A stretch of DNA of 55,890 nt, from positions 1 to 55,890 of the forward strand of contig JAVRLX010000003.1 in NCBI GenBank assembly GCA_031960985.1. Reading direction: 5' to 3'. A program made the position numbers and the translations under genes. The stretch comes from Campylobacterales bacterium (GTDB taxonomy: Bacteria > Campylobacterota > Campylobacteria > Campylobacterales > UBA6016). Position 1 is the first letter of the stretch. The number at the start of each line of letters is the position of its first letter. Under the pieces are notes generated by a model. It had not been told where the DNA came from and made no database searches. It saw only the letters and a program-made list of their open reading frames with translations. This document shows positions 1 to 8,198 of this stretch, piece by piece.

Positions 1-820
1 CTGGGACATTCGTTCTCATTTTTAAATCCACTTTTACCTCTCCACTTGCCACCAGTTCACACAGAGCGCTTCCGTCTTCTTGTATTAATGAGCCGTTATT
101 TACCGTTCGCCCGACAAAAACGAATATTCCAGAAACATCAATCTTTCGTTCGCCCTCTTTGGTCTCAAGGATAACTCCATTTACGCCCATCGCATCGCCA
201 ACTACCTCTTTTACTGAAGAGTTTAGTATAAGCTCAACATTTTCGGCATGTTTTACCCTCTCTACTGAGGATGGAGCCGCGCGAAACGTCTCTCTTCTGT
301 GCACAAGATATACTTTTTTGCAGATTTTTGCCAAGTAGTGAGTCTCTTCAAGAGCAGTGTCGCCACCACCGAGCACTACAACTTCCTTGCCTTTATAAAA
401 AAATCCATCGCAAGTAGCGCAAGTGCTCACACCTCGTCCAAAAAACTCGTCTTCTCCCTTAAAGCCAGCTTTTTTTGGGACAGAGCCAGTAGCTACTATT
501 ACACTAATTGCATCCTTTGAACTACCATCTAAAAACAAAATTTTAAAGCTTCCATCCCTGTTTTTTTTAATCTTATCGACGCCATTCATCTCAAACTTAA
601 GTCCAAAACGCTCAGCCTGAGGAAGCCAATCGGCCATAAAATCAAGCCCAGATTTAACCTCTTTGACGCCTGGATAGTTTTCCATTTCGCTACTTTGAGT
701 TATCTGTCCACCCGGCATACCCATATCAAACATCACAACATCTTTGAGTCCGCCTCTGCAGGCATAAAGTCCAGCGCTTAGCCCAGCAGGTCCACCACCT
801 ATAATAGCAAGCTCTAACAC
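1..820 (-). CDS. trxB: thioredoxin-disulfide reductase, C-terminal end cut by the window edge
   Basis: Not in the ORF track because it is open at the edge. Manual minus-strand translation from GTG at 820 gives 'VLELAIIGGGPAGLSAGLYACRGGLKDVVMFDMG...' (FAD GxGxxG). Redox-active 'CATCDG' lies near 400-420. AAGGA sits about 9 nt upstream of the GTG. Confidence 0.85.
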   Translation of the reverse strand, partial: MLELAIIGGGPAGLSAGLYACRGGLKDVVMFDMGMPGGQITQSSEMENYPGVKEVKSGLDFMADWLPQAERFGLKFEMNGVDKIKKNRDGSFKILFLDGSSKDAISVIVATGSVPKKAGFKGEDEFFGRGVSTCATCDGFFYKGKEVVVLGGGDTALEETHYLAKICKKVYLVHRRETFRAAPSSVERVKHAENVELILNSSVKEVVGDAMGVNGVILETKEGERKIDVSGIFVFVGRTVNNGSLIQEDGSALCELVASGEVKVDLKMRTNVP

Positions 821-884
821 AGTGTTATCCTTATTTAATTTTTGGAGATGATAGTATCAAAAAAAGGTTGAATTTAATGAGAGA

Positions 885-908
885 AAAACCGTCTTTTTAG
901 ACGGTTTT
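885..908 (-). terminator. stem-loop downstream of trxA (10-bp stem aaaaccgtct/agacggtttt, 4-nt loop)
   Basis: Perfect inverted repeat 885-894/899-908, read directly. It lies 15 nt after the trxA stop, and the T-run is part of or follows the stem on the minus strand. Confidence 0.5.
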
Positions 909-922
909 GAAGGAGAGAAAGA

Positions 923-1243
923 TTACGCTAAAAGTGCGTCTATTTTTTGTTTAAAAGTTTGTTTTGCAGCGGCGCCAACCATTTGGTCTACTACTTTTCC
1001 ATCTTTAAAAAAGAGGATTGTAGGGATTGATCTGATACCAAATTTTACCGCTAGATCTTGCTCTTCGTCAGTATTTACTTTGCACACTTTCGCTTTACCA
1101 TAATACTCTTCTGCCAACTCCTCTATAACAGGAGCAACCATTCTGCACGGTCCACACCAAGGAGCCCAAAAGTCAACTACGGCAACCCCGCTAGCAACAG
1201 TTGCTTCGAAATTGGCGGCTGTTAAGTCTATATATTTTCCCAT
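923..1243 (-). CDS. trxA: thioredoxin
   Basis: 106 aa with the 'WAPWCGPCR' active site. Typical thioredoxin length, adjacent to trxB. Confidence 0.95.
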   Translation of the reverse strand: MGKYIDLTAANFEATVASGVAVVDFWAPWCGPCRMVAPVIEELAEEYYGKAKVCKVNTDEEQDLAVKFGIRSIPTILFFKDGKVVDQMVGAAAKQTFKQKIDALLA

Positions 1244-1276
1244 TTTGCTTTCCCTTTGTTGTTGGTTTGTGTAGTG

Positions 1277-1282
1277 ATTATA
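1277..1282 (-). promoter_or_regulatory. candidate -10 box (TATAAT on the minus strand) for trxA
   Basis: The plus-strand 'attata' is TATAAT on the reverse complement, about 35 nt upstream of the trxA ATG. An AAGGGAAAG Shine-Dalgarno lies between them. No experimental support. Confidence 0.3.
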
Positions 1283-1320
1283 CGACCCATATTCTTTAAC
1301 AATGCTTTATTGGCAAAAAA

Positions 1321-1929
1321 TTATAATTTGGGCATAAAAACTGTCATATCGTTTTCTAAGTATCCATATTCAAAAGAGGCGTTTGGCGAAACCCCAAAAA
1401 CAAAATCCTCTAGCTCTTTTTTGCCTATCTTTAAATACCCATCCCCAGATGCTTCAATTAACACATTAAATCTATACTCTTTGTTTGACAATAAAAAACA
1501 CCTTCGGACAGCTTCAAAAAAGATATCTTTTTTATAAAAAGCATAAACCCCGCTAGAGAGCACATAATCAAAACTCTTAGTAACATCAAAAATTGAAGCG
1601 ACATGGAAGTTACCAGATGGATAGAGCTGTTTTGATTTTTTGACAAACTCAGAGATAAGATCTATCCCTGTGTATTCACATTTGATATTTAAATCTCGCA
1701 AATATCCAAACATCGCCCCAAGCCCACACCCAAAATCTAGAACCGAATCTTTATCGCTTATTCCCGCAGTTAGCTTTTTAAAGCGTAAGTTTTGACGCTC
1801 CTTACTTATCCAACCAACAGATTCATAGTCGTATTTTGCATTTTTGTGGATAGCTTTATATATTTTTTGTTGCCTTTGTTCGTTTAACATTTTTAGTGTG
1901 TTAAATCGTAACATTTTCATAAAGTTCAC
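1321..1929 (-). CDS. class I SAM-dependent methyltransferase (substrate unknown)
   Basis: 202 aa with motif I 'VLDFGCGLGAM'. No DNA-methyltransferase motifs (DPPY/PCQ) seen. The start is uncertain: Met1/4/6/14 are possible, and Met14 would remove the 29-nt overlap with yraN. Confidence 0.7.
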   Translation of the reverse strand: MNFMKMLRFNTLKMLNEQRQQKIYKAIHKNAKYDYESVGWISKERQNLRFKKLTAGISDKDSVLDFGCGLGAMFGYLRDLNIKCEYTGIDLISEFVKKSKQLYPSGNFHVASIFDVTKSFDYVLSSGVYAFYKKDIFFEAVRRCFLLSNKEYRFNVLIEASGDGYLKIGKKELEDFVFGVSPNASFEYGYLENDMTVFMPKL

Positions 1930-2233
1930 ACTCTTTGTTTCTCACAACCACCAAATCGATGCAATACGGAGCATCAATTTTATTTGACGCCATATAAGAG
2001 AGCATCCCTTTTATAATTTTTTTGATTTTTTGAGGGGTGAGGTTGTAGACGGGGTCGAAAGAGTCGCCTGATTTTACCTCTACAAAACGATAAACCCCAT
2101 CTTTTTTGGCAACTATATCTATCTCGCTAAATTTTTTTCGGACATTTCTAGCTATTATTTGATAACGCAGATTTTCTAAAAATTCACAGGCTATCTCTTC
2201 GGCCTCAAACCCTTTTGATGTTGTATTTTGCAT
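1901..2233 (-). CDS. yraN: YraN/UPF0102 family endonuclease-like protein
   Basis: 110 aa. 'GFEAEEIACEFLENLRYQIIARNVR...EIDIVAKKDGVYRFVEVKS' matches the YraN pattern (E...D-x-V...E-V-K). Confidence 0.8.
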   Translation of the reverse strand: MQNTTSKGFEAEEIACEFLENLRYQIIARNVRKKFSEIDIVAKKDGVYRFVEVKSGDSFDPVYNLTPQKIKKIIKGMLSYMASNKIDAPYCIDLVVVRNKECELYENVTI

Positions 2234-2246
2234 ATTTAATCAAGAC

Positions 2247-3515
2247 TCAGCCTTCGATCCTTATCATTGTTGGTTTTTTAGCTATACAAGATAGTTTTGA
2301 GACACCATCTAAGGCTTTTTGGATATTGGACTCTTTTGCTTCGTGTGTGCTAAAAAGTAGGCTTGCAGACTCCCCTTTGTTTTTTTGTTTGAAATTTTCT
2401 ATCGAGATGCCTTGCTCTGAGAGTACGGTTGCTATCTGCCCGAGCACTCCAACCTCATCTTTTGCCTCTATACGAATATAGTATTTGCCTTCTATATCCC
2501 CTTTTGAGGCTAACTTTAGCCCACTCTCAAGCGGTCTATTAAAGCCCATCATTGCGGCAGGGCTCTCAGACCTTGCTATTTCAATCAAATTTGCTATAAC
2601 AGCGCTAGCCGTAGGCTCACCGCCGGCTCCAGCCCCATAAAACATTGTCTCCCCAACTTTATCGCCTGTGATAGCTACCGCATTCATAACGCCATCTACA
2701 TCTGCCAAAATATGCTCTTCGCTTATAAGCGCAGGATGAACTCGAAGCTCTACCGTGCCACCCCTTTTTTTGGCAATGGCAAGGAGTTTTATTACATACC
2801 CAAAATCTTTGGCAAACTCTATATCATCGGACTCTATCTCAGTAATTCCCTCTATTAGTATATCCTCAGGTTTTGCATCGATGCCGTAAGCAATTGAGGC
2901 AAGGATAAGAAGTTTGTGTGCGCTATCTCCCCCACTAACATCCAAAGTTGGTTCAGCCTCTGCATAACCTAATTTTTGTGCGTCATTTAGCACCTCAGCA
3001 AATCCAGCCCCCTCTTTCATCATTCGAGTTAGTATATAGTTGCAAGTACCATTCACTATCCCTTTAATGGAGAGTATATGATTTGCCGCCAAACCATCTC
3101 TTAGGGCATAAATGACCGGAATTCCACCGGCAACACTTGCTTCATATCCAAAGTGTAGGTTTTTTGCTAACTCCTCAAGCTCAGATCTATGGTAGGCAAG
3201 CATCGCTTTATTTGCCGTAACTACCGATTTGCCACTTTTGAGCGCCTCTTTAACGACTGAGTAGGCAAAATCTACCCCACCCATTAGCTCAACTACAACC
3301 TCGATAGAGTCATCTTTTAGCACAAAGTCCACATCTGTGGATACATCTATCCCTAAGTGTGCCGCTTTTTGTGGCTCTCTTGTAACGCCTTTTATAACCT
3401 CAATTTTTTTACCGGCTCTTGCCGTTATAATGCTTTCATTTTCTTTTAATATTTTTACAACAGCACCGCCTACGACACCAAGTCCTAATACTCCAATTCT
3501 TAACTTATCATCCAT
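2247..3515 (-). CDS. hom: homoserine dehydrogenase
   Basis: 422 aa. N-terminal NAD Rossmann 'IGVLGLGVVGGAV', a central homoserine dehydrogenase catalytic region, and a C-terminal ACT-like domain ('YYIRIEAKDEVGVLGQIATVLSEQGISI'). Confidence 0.93.
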   Translation of the reverse strand: MDDKLRIGVLGLGVVGGAVVKILKENESIITARAGKKIEVIKGVTREPQKAAHLGIDVSTDVDFVLKDDSIEVVVELMGGVDFAYSVVKEALKSGKSVVTANKAMLAYHRSELEELAKNLHFGYEASVAGGIPVIYALRDGLAANHILSIKGIVNGTCNYILTRMMKEGAGFAEVLNDAQKLGYAEAEPTLDVSGGDSAHKLLILASIAYGIDAKPEDILIEGITEIESDDIEFAKDFGYVIKLLAIAKKRGGTVELRVHPALISEEHILADVDGVMNAVAITGDKVGETMFYGAGAGGEPTASAVIANLIEIARSESPAAMMGFNRPLESGLKLASKGDIEGKYYIRIEAKDEVGVLGQIATVLSEQGISIENFKQKNKGESASLLFSTHEAKESNIQKALDGVSKLSCIAKKPTMIRIEG

Positions 3516-4695
3516 CTTTTAAAAACTCTTTTATATTTTTTGCCGCTTGTTTTATTCTTTTTTCATTTTCTATAAATGCAATTCTTACATAATCATCGCC
3601 ATATGGACCAAAGCCTATCCCTGGACTTACCGCTACATTTGCCTCCAAAAGAAGTTTTTTTGAAAACTCTAAGCTTTTAAGATGTCTATATTTTTCTGGT
3701 ATTTTTGCCCATGCAAACATTGAAGCTTTTGGTTTATCTATCTTCCAGCCAGCTTCACCAAAGCTATCAACTAGACAATGCATCCTTTTTTCATATGTTT
3801 GCCTAATTCGCTCTACATCTTCAGCGCCGTTATTTAAAGCCTCAATTGCCGCAACCTGAATAGCTGTATGCATACCATAATCAAAATAACTTTTTATTTT
3901 TGCAAGAGCCCCTACAAGTCTTTTGTTGCCGACAACAAAACCGACTCTCCAACCAGCCATATTGTAGCTTTTTGAAAGGGTAAAGGTCTCAACTGCCACA
4001 TCTTTTGCGCCCGGTATTTGCATAATTGAGGGCGTTTTATAGTCGCCAAAAGATATATCTGCATAAGCTATGTCGGAGATAATGTAAAATCTCTCTTTTT
4101 TAGCTAAATTTACGAGTTTTTCGTAAAAATCAAGCTCAACGCAAACAGTGGTTGGATTATTTGGGAAGTTTACAACTACATATTTTGGTTTTGGGGTCGA
4201 TTCTTTAATCGCCTTTTCGAGTTTACCAAAAAAGTCTCCATCCTCTGGGCTTAAAGGGACTCTATTTACATTTCCCCCGCAAAGTACTATGCCATAAGTA
4301 TGTATCGGATAGCTTGGATCTGGTACTATCGCAAGGTCGCCCGGATCGGTTATCGCCATGACAAGATGGACATACCCCTCTTTTGAACCAATAGTTGCTA
4401 TCGCCTCACTCTCAGGGTCTAACACGACGCCATATTTTCTATCATACCATTTGCATATTGCCTCTCTAAGTTTGTAAATCCCTTTTGAGGCGGAGTATCT
4501 ATGCGTTTTTGGTCTTTTTAGCACTTCAATAGCTTTATCTACGATATGCATAGGGGTATCGCCGTCAGGATTTCCCATACTAAAATCTATTACGTCTTCG
4601 CCTGCATATCGTTGTTGCATTTTTAGGTCGTTTACCTGCGCAAACACATACTGCGGCAATCTTTTTATTCTATTAAATTCTATCTCTTCAAACAT
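3508..4695 (-). CDS. class I/II PLP-dependent aminotransferase (AspC/AlaA-like)
   Basis: 395 aa. 'NPNNPTT'-type motif ('FPNNPTT'), PLP-lysine context 'LSKSYNMAGWRVGF', and the N-terminal 'RLPQYVF' that is typical of this family. Confidence 0.85.
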   Translation of the reverse strand: MFEEIEFNRIKRLPQYVFAQVNDLKMQQRYAGEDVIDFSMGNPDGDTPMHIVDKAIEVLKRPKTHRYSASKGIYKLREAICKWYDRKYGVVLDPESEAIATIGSKEGYVHLVMAITDPGDLAIVPDPSYPIHTYGIVLCGGNVNRVPLSPEDGDFFGKLEKAIKESTPKPKYVVVNFPNNPTTVCVELDFYEKLVNLAKKERFYIISDIAYADISFGDYKTPSIMQIPGAKDVAVETFTLSKSYNMAGWRVGFVVGNKRLVGALAKIKSYFDYGMHTAIQVAAIEALNNGAEDVERIRQTYEKRMHCLVDSFGEAGWKIDKPKASMFAWAKIPEKYRHLKSLEFSKKLLLEANVAVSPGIGFGPYGDDYVRIAFIENEKRIKQAAKNIKEFLKDG

Positions 4696-4712
4696 CTTTA
4701 TCTCCGTGAGCG

Positions 4713-5618
4713 TTATTGTTTTGGTTTTGTTTCGTTAGTCTCTTTTTTATTTGTGATGCCAGCAATTTTATTGTATTCTTCTTTGCTAATTTCCGTTAAC
4801 TTCCCTTGTTTGTAGTGATACCATACCTCGCCGCCCCGTTTTGCCTCTATGACAGATGCTCCTGACACAATTTTCACTTGTCTATGCCCAATATCTATCA
4901 GTTGCTCCCTGCTTGCATTAAGATCAAATCTATGATCGACTACCGTTTCAAACCACCTGCTTTTGTTGGTATCCAAATATCTAATACCTATCCATACCTT
5001 TTTGGTAGGCTCTATAAAAAAAGTTCCTTGCGCCGCAACAGGCGCCATAGCTTCTGGAGCCGGCGCTTTTGAAGACACAGCAGTTGTATTAACTTCAGGC
5101 ACGGCAGCGGTTTTGTTAAGCTCTGTTGTGTTTTGCTCTGCCGTCTTGTTTAGTTCTGATTTATTTTCGTCAAATGCAATATTAAATGCGGCGCTTGCGT
5201 TTGTTTCGTTGATTTCACTCTGTAAGGTAGCAGTCGTCATATTAGCTTCTGAGGATATACTGTTTTGTTTAAGATACAAAATAAACCCAACGCCAACAAA
5301 GACAGCAACACCAAGTAGCAATAAAGCTAGTTTGGAAGCTGGTTTTTTCTCTTTTTGTATTGACTCTGCGTGCAACTTGTCCATTGTCTGCAATTCAGGC
5401 TCTTTTATGGAGTGGTAGGCGTCAAACTCTCTTGTCCATTCGGAAAGGTCGAGGTCAAACTCCCGCTCTAAGATTTTGATAAGTCCTTTTGCTTTTACCG
5501 GATTTAGTTTTTCAAATCGTTTATTAACAATATCATCAAACGTAGTTTGGACTATATGAGCTTTTGAAGCTACGAGCTCATAGCTTAAGTTTTTGAGTTC
5601 TTCTAGACCCTTCTTCAT
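4713..5618 (-). CDS. RodZ-like bitopic membrane protein: N-terminal HTH-like domain, one TM helix, sequon-rich linker, C-terminal beta-rich periplasmic domain
   Basis: 301 aa with a single hydrophobic helix 'LALLLLGVAVFVGVGFILYL' (res 97-116). The C-terminal 'VWIGIRYLD...IDIGHRQVKIVSGASVIEAK' resembles the RodZ C-terminal domain. The product call is tentative; the coding call is solid. Confidence 0.6.
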   Translation of the reverse strand: MKKGLEELKNLSYELVASKAHIVQTTFDDIVNKRFEKLNPVKAKGLIKILEREFDLDLSEWTREFDAYHSIKEPELQTMDKLHAESIQKEKKPASKLALLLLGVAVFVGVGFILYLKQNSISSEANMTTATLQSEINETNASAAFNIAFDENKSELNKTAEQNTTELNKTAAVPEVNTTAVSSKAPAPEAMAPVAAQGTFFIEPTKKVWIGIRYLDTNKSRWFETVVDHRFDLNASREQLIDIGHRQVKIVSGASVIEAKRGGEVWYHYKQGKLTEISKEEYNKIAGITNKKETNETKPKQ

Positions 5619-5620
5619 TC

Positions 5621-6298
5621 CTACCTCATTCTATCAATTAAAATTGCCGCCGCCGTTGCTACATTCAGAGAGTTAAAATTATTATGCATCTTTATTGTGA
5701 CTATTTTGTCGGCTTTTTGTAAAACCTTTTTTGGAATCCCTTCACCCTCGCTACCAAGGAGCAAAACTGTCTTTTTGGTTGCTTTTATATCCCTGCTCTC
5801 ATCGCCGTCTAATCCTGCCGCTACTATATGAAACCCTGCTTGTTTTAGTTCGTGCACCATATCAAGCGGGTTTGGGACATGGGCAATCGGCATATCAAAT
5901 ATCGACCCGCTACTTGACTTTGCGGCCCCTTCAAAATTTATATCTTTTACCTGCGAGATAATAATTCCATCTACGCCAAGAGCATAAGCGCTACGGATGA
6001 TTGAACCGACATTCCCCATATCGGTAACTCCGACAAGCGCCACCAAAAAATCCGACTTTTTAATTTTGTCAAATTGGCACAACTCTATGTCTGAGACTTT
6101 TGCCAAAAACCCTTGATGCGAACCCCCTCTCGCCATTGCTTGGGCTTTTTTCTCGTCTAGTTTTACTATTTTTTTGCCGAGTTTTGCTATTTTGCCAAAC
6201 TCTTTTTTGTCCACCTCTTTTGCAAGATAGATCTCTTCAATTAAAGTGGGATGGTTTTCGATTAAATGCCAAAAAACTTGTTTTCCATATATATACAC
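5621..6298 (-). CDS. TrmH/SpoU family RNA 2'-O-methyltransferase (RlmB-like)
   Basis: 225 aa with SpoU motifs 'LVGVTDMGNVGSIIRSA', 'LLLGSEGEGI' and 'SLNVATAAAILI'. Confidence 0.8.
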   Translation of the reverse strand: MYIYGKQVFWHLIENHPTLIEEIYLAKEVDKKEFGKIAKLGKKIVKLDEKKAQAMARGGSHQGFLAKVSDIELCQFDKIKKSDFLVALVGVTDMGNVGSIIRSAYALGVDGIIISQVKDINFEGAAKSSSGSIFDMPIAHVPNPLDMVHELKQAGFHIVAAGLDGDESRDIKATKKTVLLLGSEGEGIPKKVLQKADKIVTIKMHNNFNSLNVATAAAILIDRMR

Positions 6299-6341
6299 GC
6301 GAAAAATTTTATCAGAAATAATCTAAATGAGAGGGCGAAAC

Positions 6342-7169
6342 TTAAGAGTTATTTTTTATTAGCTCTTCGTAGATATTTTTTGGATTTTCGCCTGTTATTT
6401 TTGCAATAAGTTTTGCCGCCTGTTTTTTGGGGAGTTGAAGCTCCAAAATATCGCTTAGAGACAAGGATAAAAAGCCGCTTTGCAACCTTTGGAATTTAAC
6501 GACGACCGCCCACTCACCTTTTGCGGAGAGTTTTTTTAGCTTACCCAAAATTTCGCTTGCCTTGCCTCTAAAATATCTCTGATGAAGTTTTGTTAGCTCT
6601 TTTGCCGCAAAAACATCTGCATTTTCGGCAATACTACTTAGCTCCTCCAAAAATTGGATGATTCTATGCGGGGCTTCGTAGAAAATAACAGGGTATTCAG
6701 AAAGTGATAGTTTCTTTAATTCATCGATTCTTGAGTTCGTTTTGTGCGGTAAAAAACCATAAAAAATAAATTTACTATCCAAAAACCCACTTGCCGCATA
6801 TACGGTAGTTAGTGCGCTTGCTCCTGGGAGTACATCGTACTCGATACCGTGTTTTTGGGCAAACAAAGCCAAAAAAGCGCCAGGGTCGCTAATACACGGC
6901 ATGCCTGCGTCGCTCATGTAGATACAGTTTTTTTCAAAAATAGCTATGTCGATATTTTCCAGTACTTTTTCTTCGTTGTGAGAGTGGAGGGGGTAAAAAG
7001 TTTTTTTGGATATGTCTGTGCCGTACCTTGAAGAAAGAAGGTCAAAAAGTTTTTTTGTAACCCTCGTATCCTCGCAAAACACCACTTCGGCGTCTTGCAT
7101 TGCCTTTACGGTCCTGAAGGTTATATCCTCCAGGTTTCCGATAGGCGTTGGGATAAAAGTAAGAGGCAA
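6342..7169 (-). CDS. rsmI: 16S rRNA (cytidine1402-2'-O)-methyltransferase
   Basis: 275 aa. 'PTPIGNLEDITFRTVKAMQDAEVVFCEDTRVTKKL' is the RsmI/tetrapyrrole-methylase-fold signature. Confidence 0.88.
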   Translation of the reverse strand: MPLTFIPTPIGNLEDITFRTVKAMQDAEVVFCEDTRVTKKLFDLLSSRYGTDISKKTFYPLHSHNEEKVLENIDIAIFEKNCIYMSDAGMPCISDPGAFLALFAQKHGIEYDVLPGASALTTVYAASGFLDSKFIFYGFLPHKTNSRIDELKKLSLSEYPVIFYEAPHRIIQFLEELSSIAENADVFAAKELTKLHQRYFRGKASEILGKLKKLSAKGEWAVVVKFQRLQSGFLSLSLSDILELQLPKKQAAKLIAKITGENPKNIYEELIKNNS

Positions 7170-7173
7170 AGGA

Positions 7174-7374
7174 TTAGTTCATATTGTATTTTTTCTTGAA
7201 TTTCTCAACTTTACCAGCTGCGTCAACTAGTTTTTCTTCACCTGTAAAGAATGGGTGGCATTTATTGCAAATGTCAACTCTTAATTCTGGCTGAAGAGAT
7301 TTAATTGTAAATTTGTTACCGCAAACGCAACTTACCGAACACTCTACATAGTTTGGATGAATATCTTTTCTCAT
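7174..7374 (-). CDS. rpmE: 50S ribosomal protein L31 (Zn-binding type A)
   Basis: 66 aa. 'MRKDIHPNY...CVCGNKF...[10 protein letters not shown]' is the L31 signature with CxC and CxxC. Confidence 0.95.
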   Translation of the reverse strand: MRKDIHPNYVECSVSCVCGNKFTIKSLQPELRVDICNKCHPFFTGEEKLVDAAGKVEKFKKKYNMN

Positions 7375-7456
7375 TGTTTTTCCTTTGATTTATCTAAAAA
7401 CTAAAAAATTTTCAAAAAAATTAAGGTGAAATTCTATCAAAAAGTTTTTTAAAGCT

Positions 7457-8137
7457 TTATATGAGCGCCAAAGTTGCGGCGGCAACAGCTGCGGTTTCAC
7501 TCTTTAACACATTTGGAGCGCCAAAAGATAGAATTTTTTGCGCTCTTTTTTTAATAAGCTCCCGCTCTCTTTTGCTAAAACCCCCTTCAGGTCCTATCAA
7601 AAAAGTTCCACTATGCACATCGCCAATACTTTCTCCCCCAAAATCAAAAGCAAAAAAAGGGATATTCGTATCACAAAATTCATCCAAGCTTTTATGAGTA
7701 ATTATCTCCATCAGTGTTGTTCTACCACATTGGCAACAAGAATTTATAAGTATCCGTTTTAGCCTATCCATATCTATTTTAAAATTTTTCTGACTTCTAT
7801 CTGCATATATAAAATGTATTTTTGACACCCCGAGTTCATTTAGCATAGGAAGTGTTTTTTCTATAGTTTTGGTATCCACAACACACCAAGCTATCTCAGA
7901 GCCAACAAAGTTAGCGCCGACATCGTTATATTGCCCATTTAGCGTTAATATAGCCTCCTTTTTTCCTATAGCTTGAACCTTGTATTCATACAAAACACCG
8001 TCAACTAGATTTCTAAATAAAAAAACCTCATCCTCTTTTGAGCGCCTAGATAAAAACAGGTGCCTAAAGGTATCTCCCTCTATTTTTAAAGTTTGCGCGC
8101 CGCTACGCTCATCGTATGAAAACACCAATTTCAACAC
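7457..8137 (-). CDS. rsmE: 16S rRNA (uracil1498-N3)-methyltransferase
   Basis: C-terminal 'FLIGPEGGFSKRERELI' is the RsmE signature. I trimmed the 281-aa track ORF to the internal GTG at 8137 (or TTG at 8128), preceded by GGAG. That gives about 226 aa, the typical RsmE size, and removes the overlap with the divergent AAA+ gene. Confidence 0.75.
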   Translation of the reverse strand: MLKLVFSYDERSGAQTLKIEGDTFRHLFLSRRSKEDEVFLFRNLVDGVLYEYKVQAIGKKEAILTLNGQYNDVGANFVGSEIAWCVVDTKTIEKTLPMLNELGVSKIHFIYADRSQKNFKIDMDRLKRILINSCCQCGRTTLMEIITHKSLDEFCDTNIPFFAFDFGGESIGDVHSGTFLIGPEGGFSKRERELIKKRAQKILSFGAPNVLKSETAAVAAATLALI

Positions 8138-8198
8138 TCCAAAAGAATTTTCTTGTAAAATCGTACACAAAAAATATAGAAAACTTAGGATATGACAA

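Noticed and set aside
1321-2233. Methyltransferase plus YraN endonuclease-like pair as a possible restriction-modification system
   Set aside because: The methyltransferase lacks DNA-methyltransferase catalytic motifs (DPPY, PCQ/ENV). YraN/UPF0102 is a conserved housekeeping family found in this position in related genomes. No specificity subunit or typical REase is present.
4963-5418. 151-aa plus-strand ORF antisense to the RodZ-like gene
   Set aside because: It mirrors the low-complexity Ala/Thr/Asn region of the opposite strand, has no start context, and the minus-strand frame has a coherent HTH-TM-periplasmic domain architecture.
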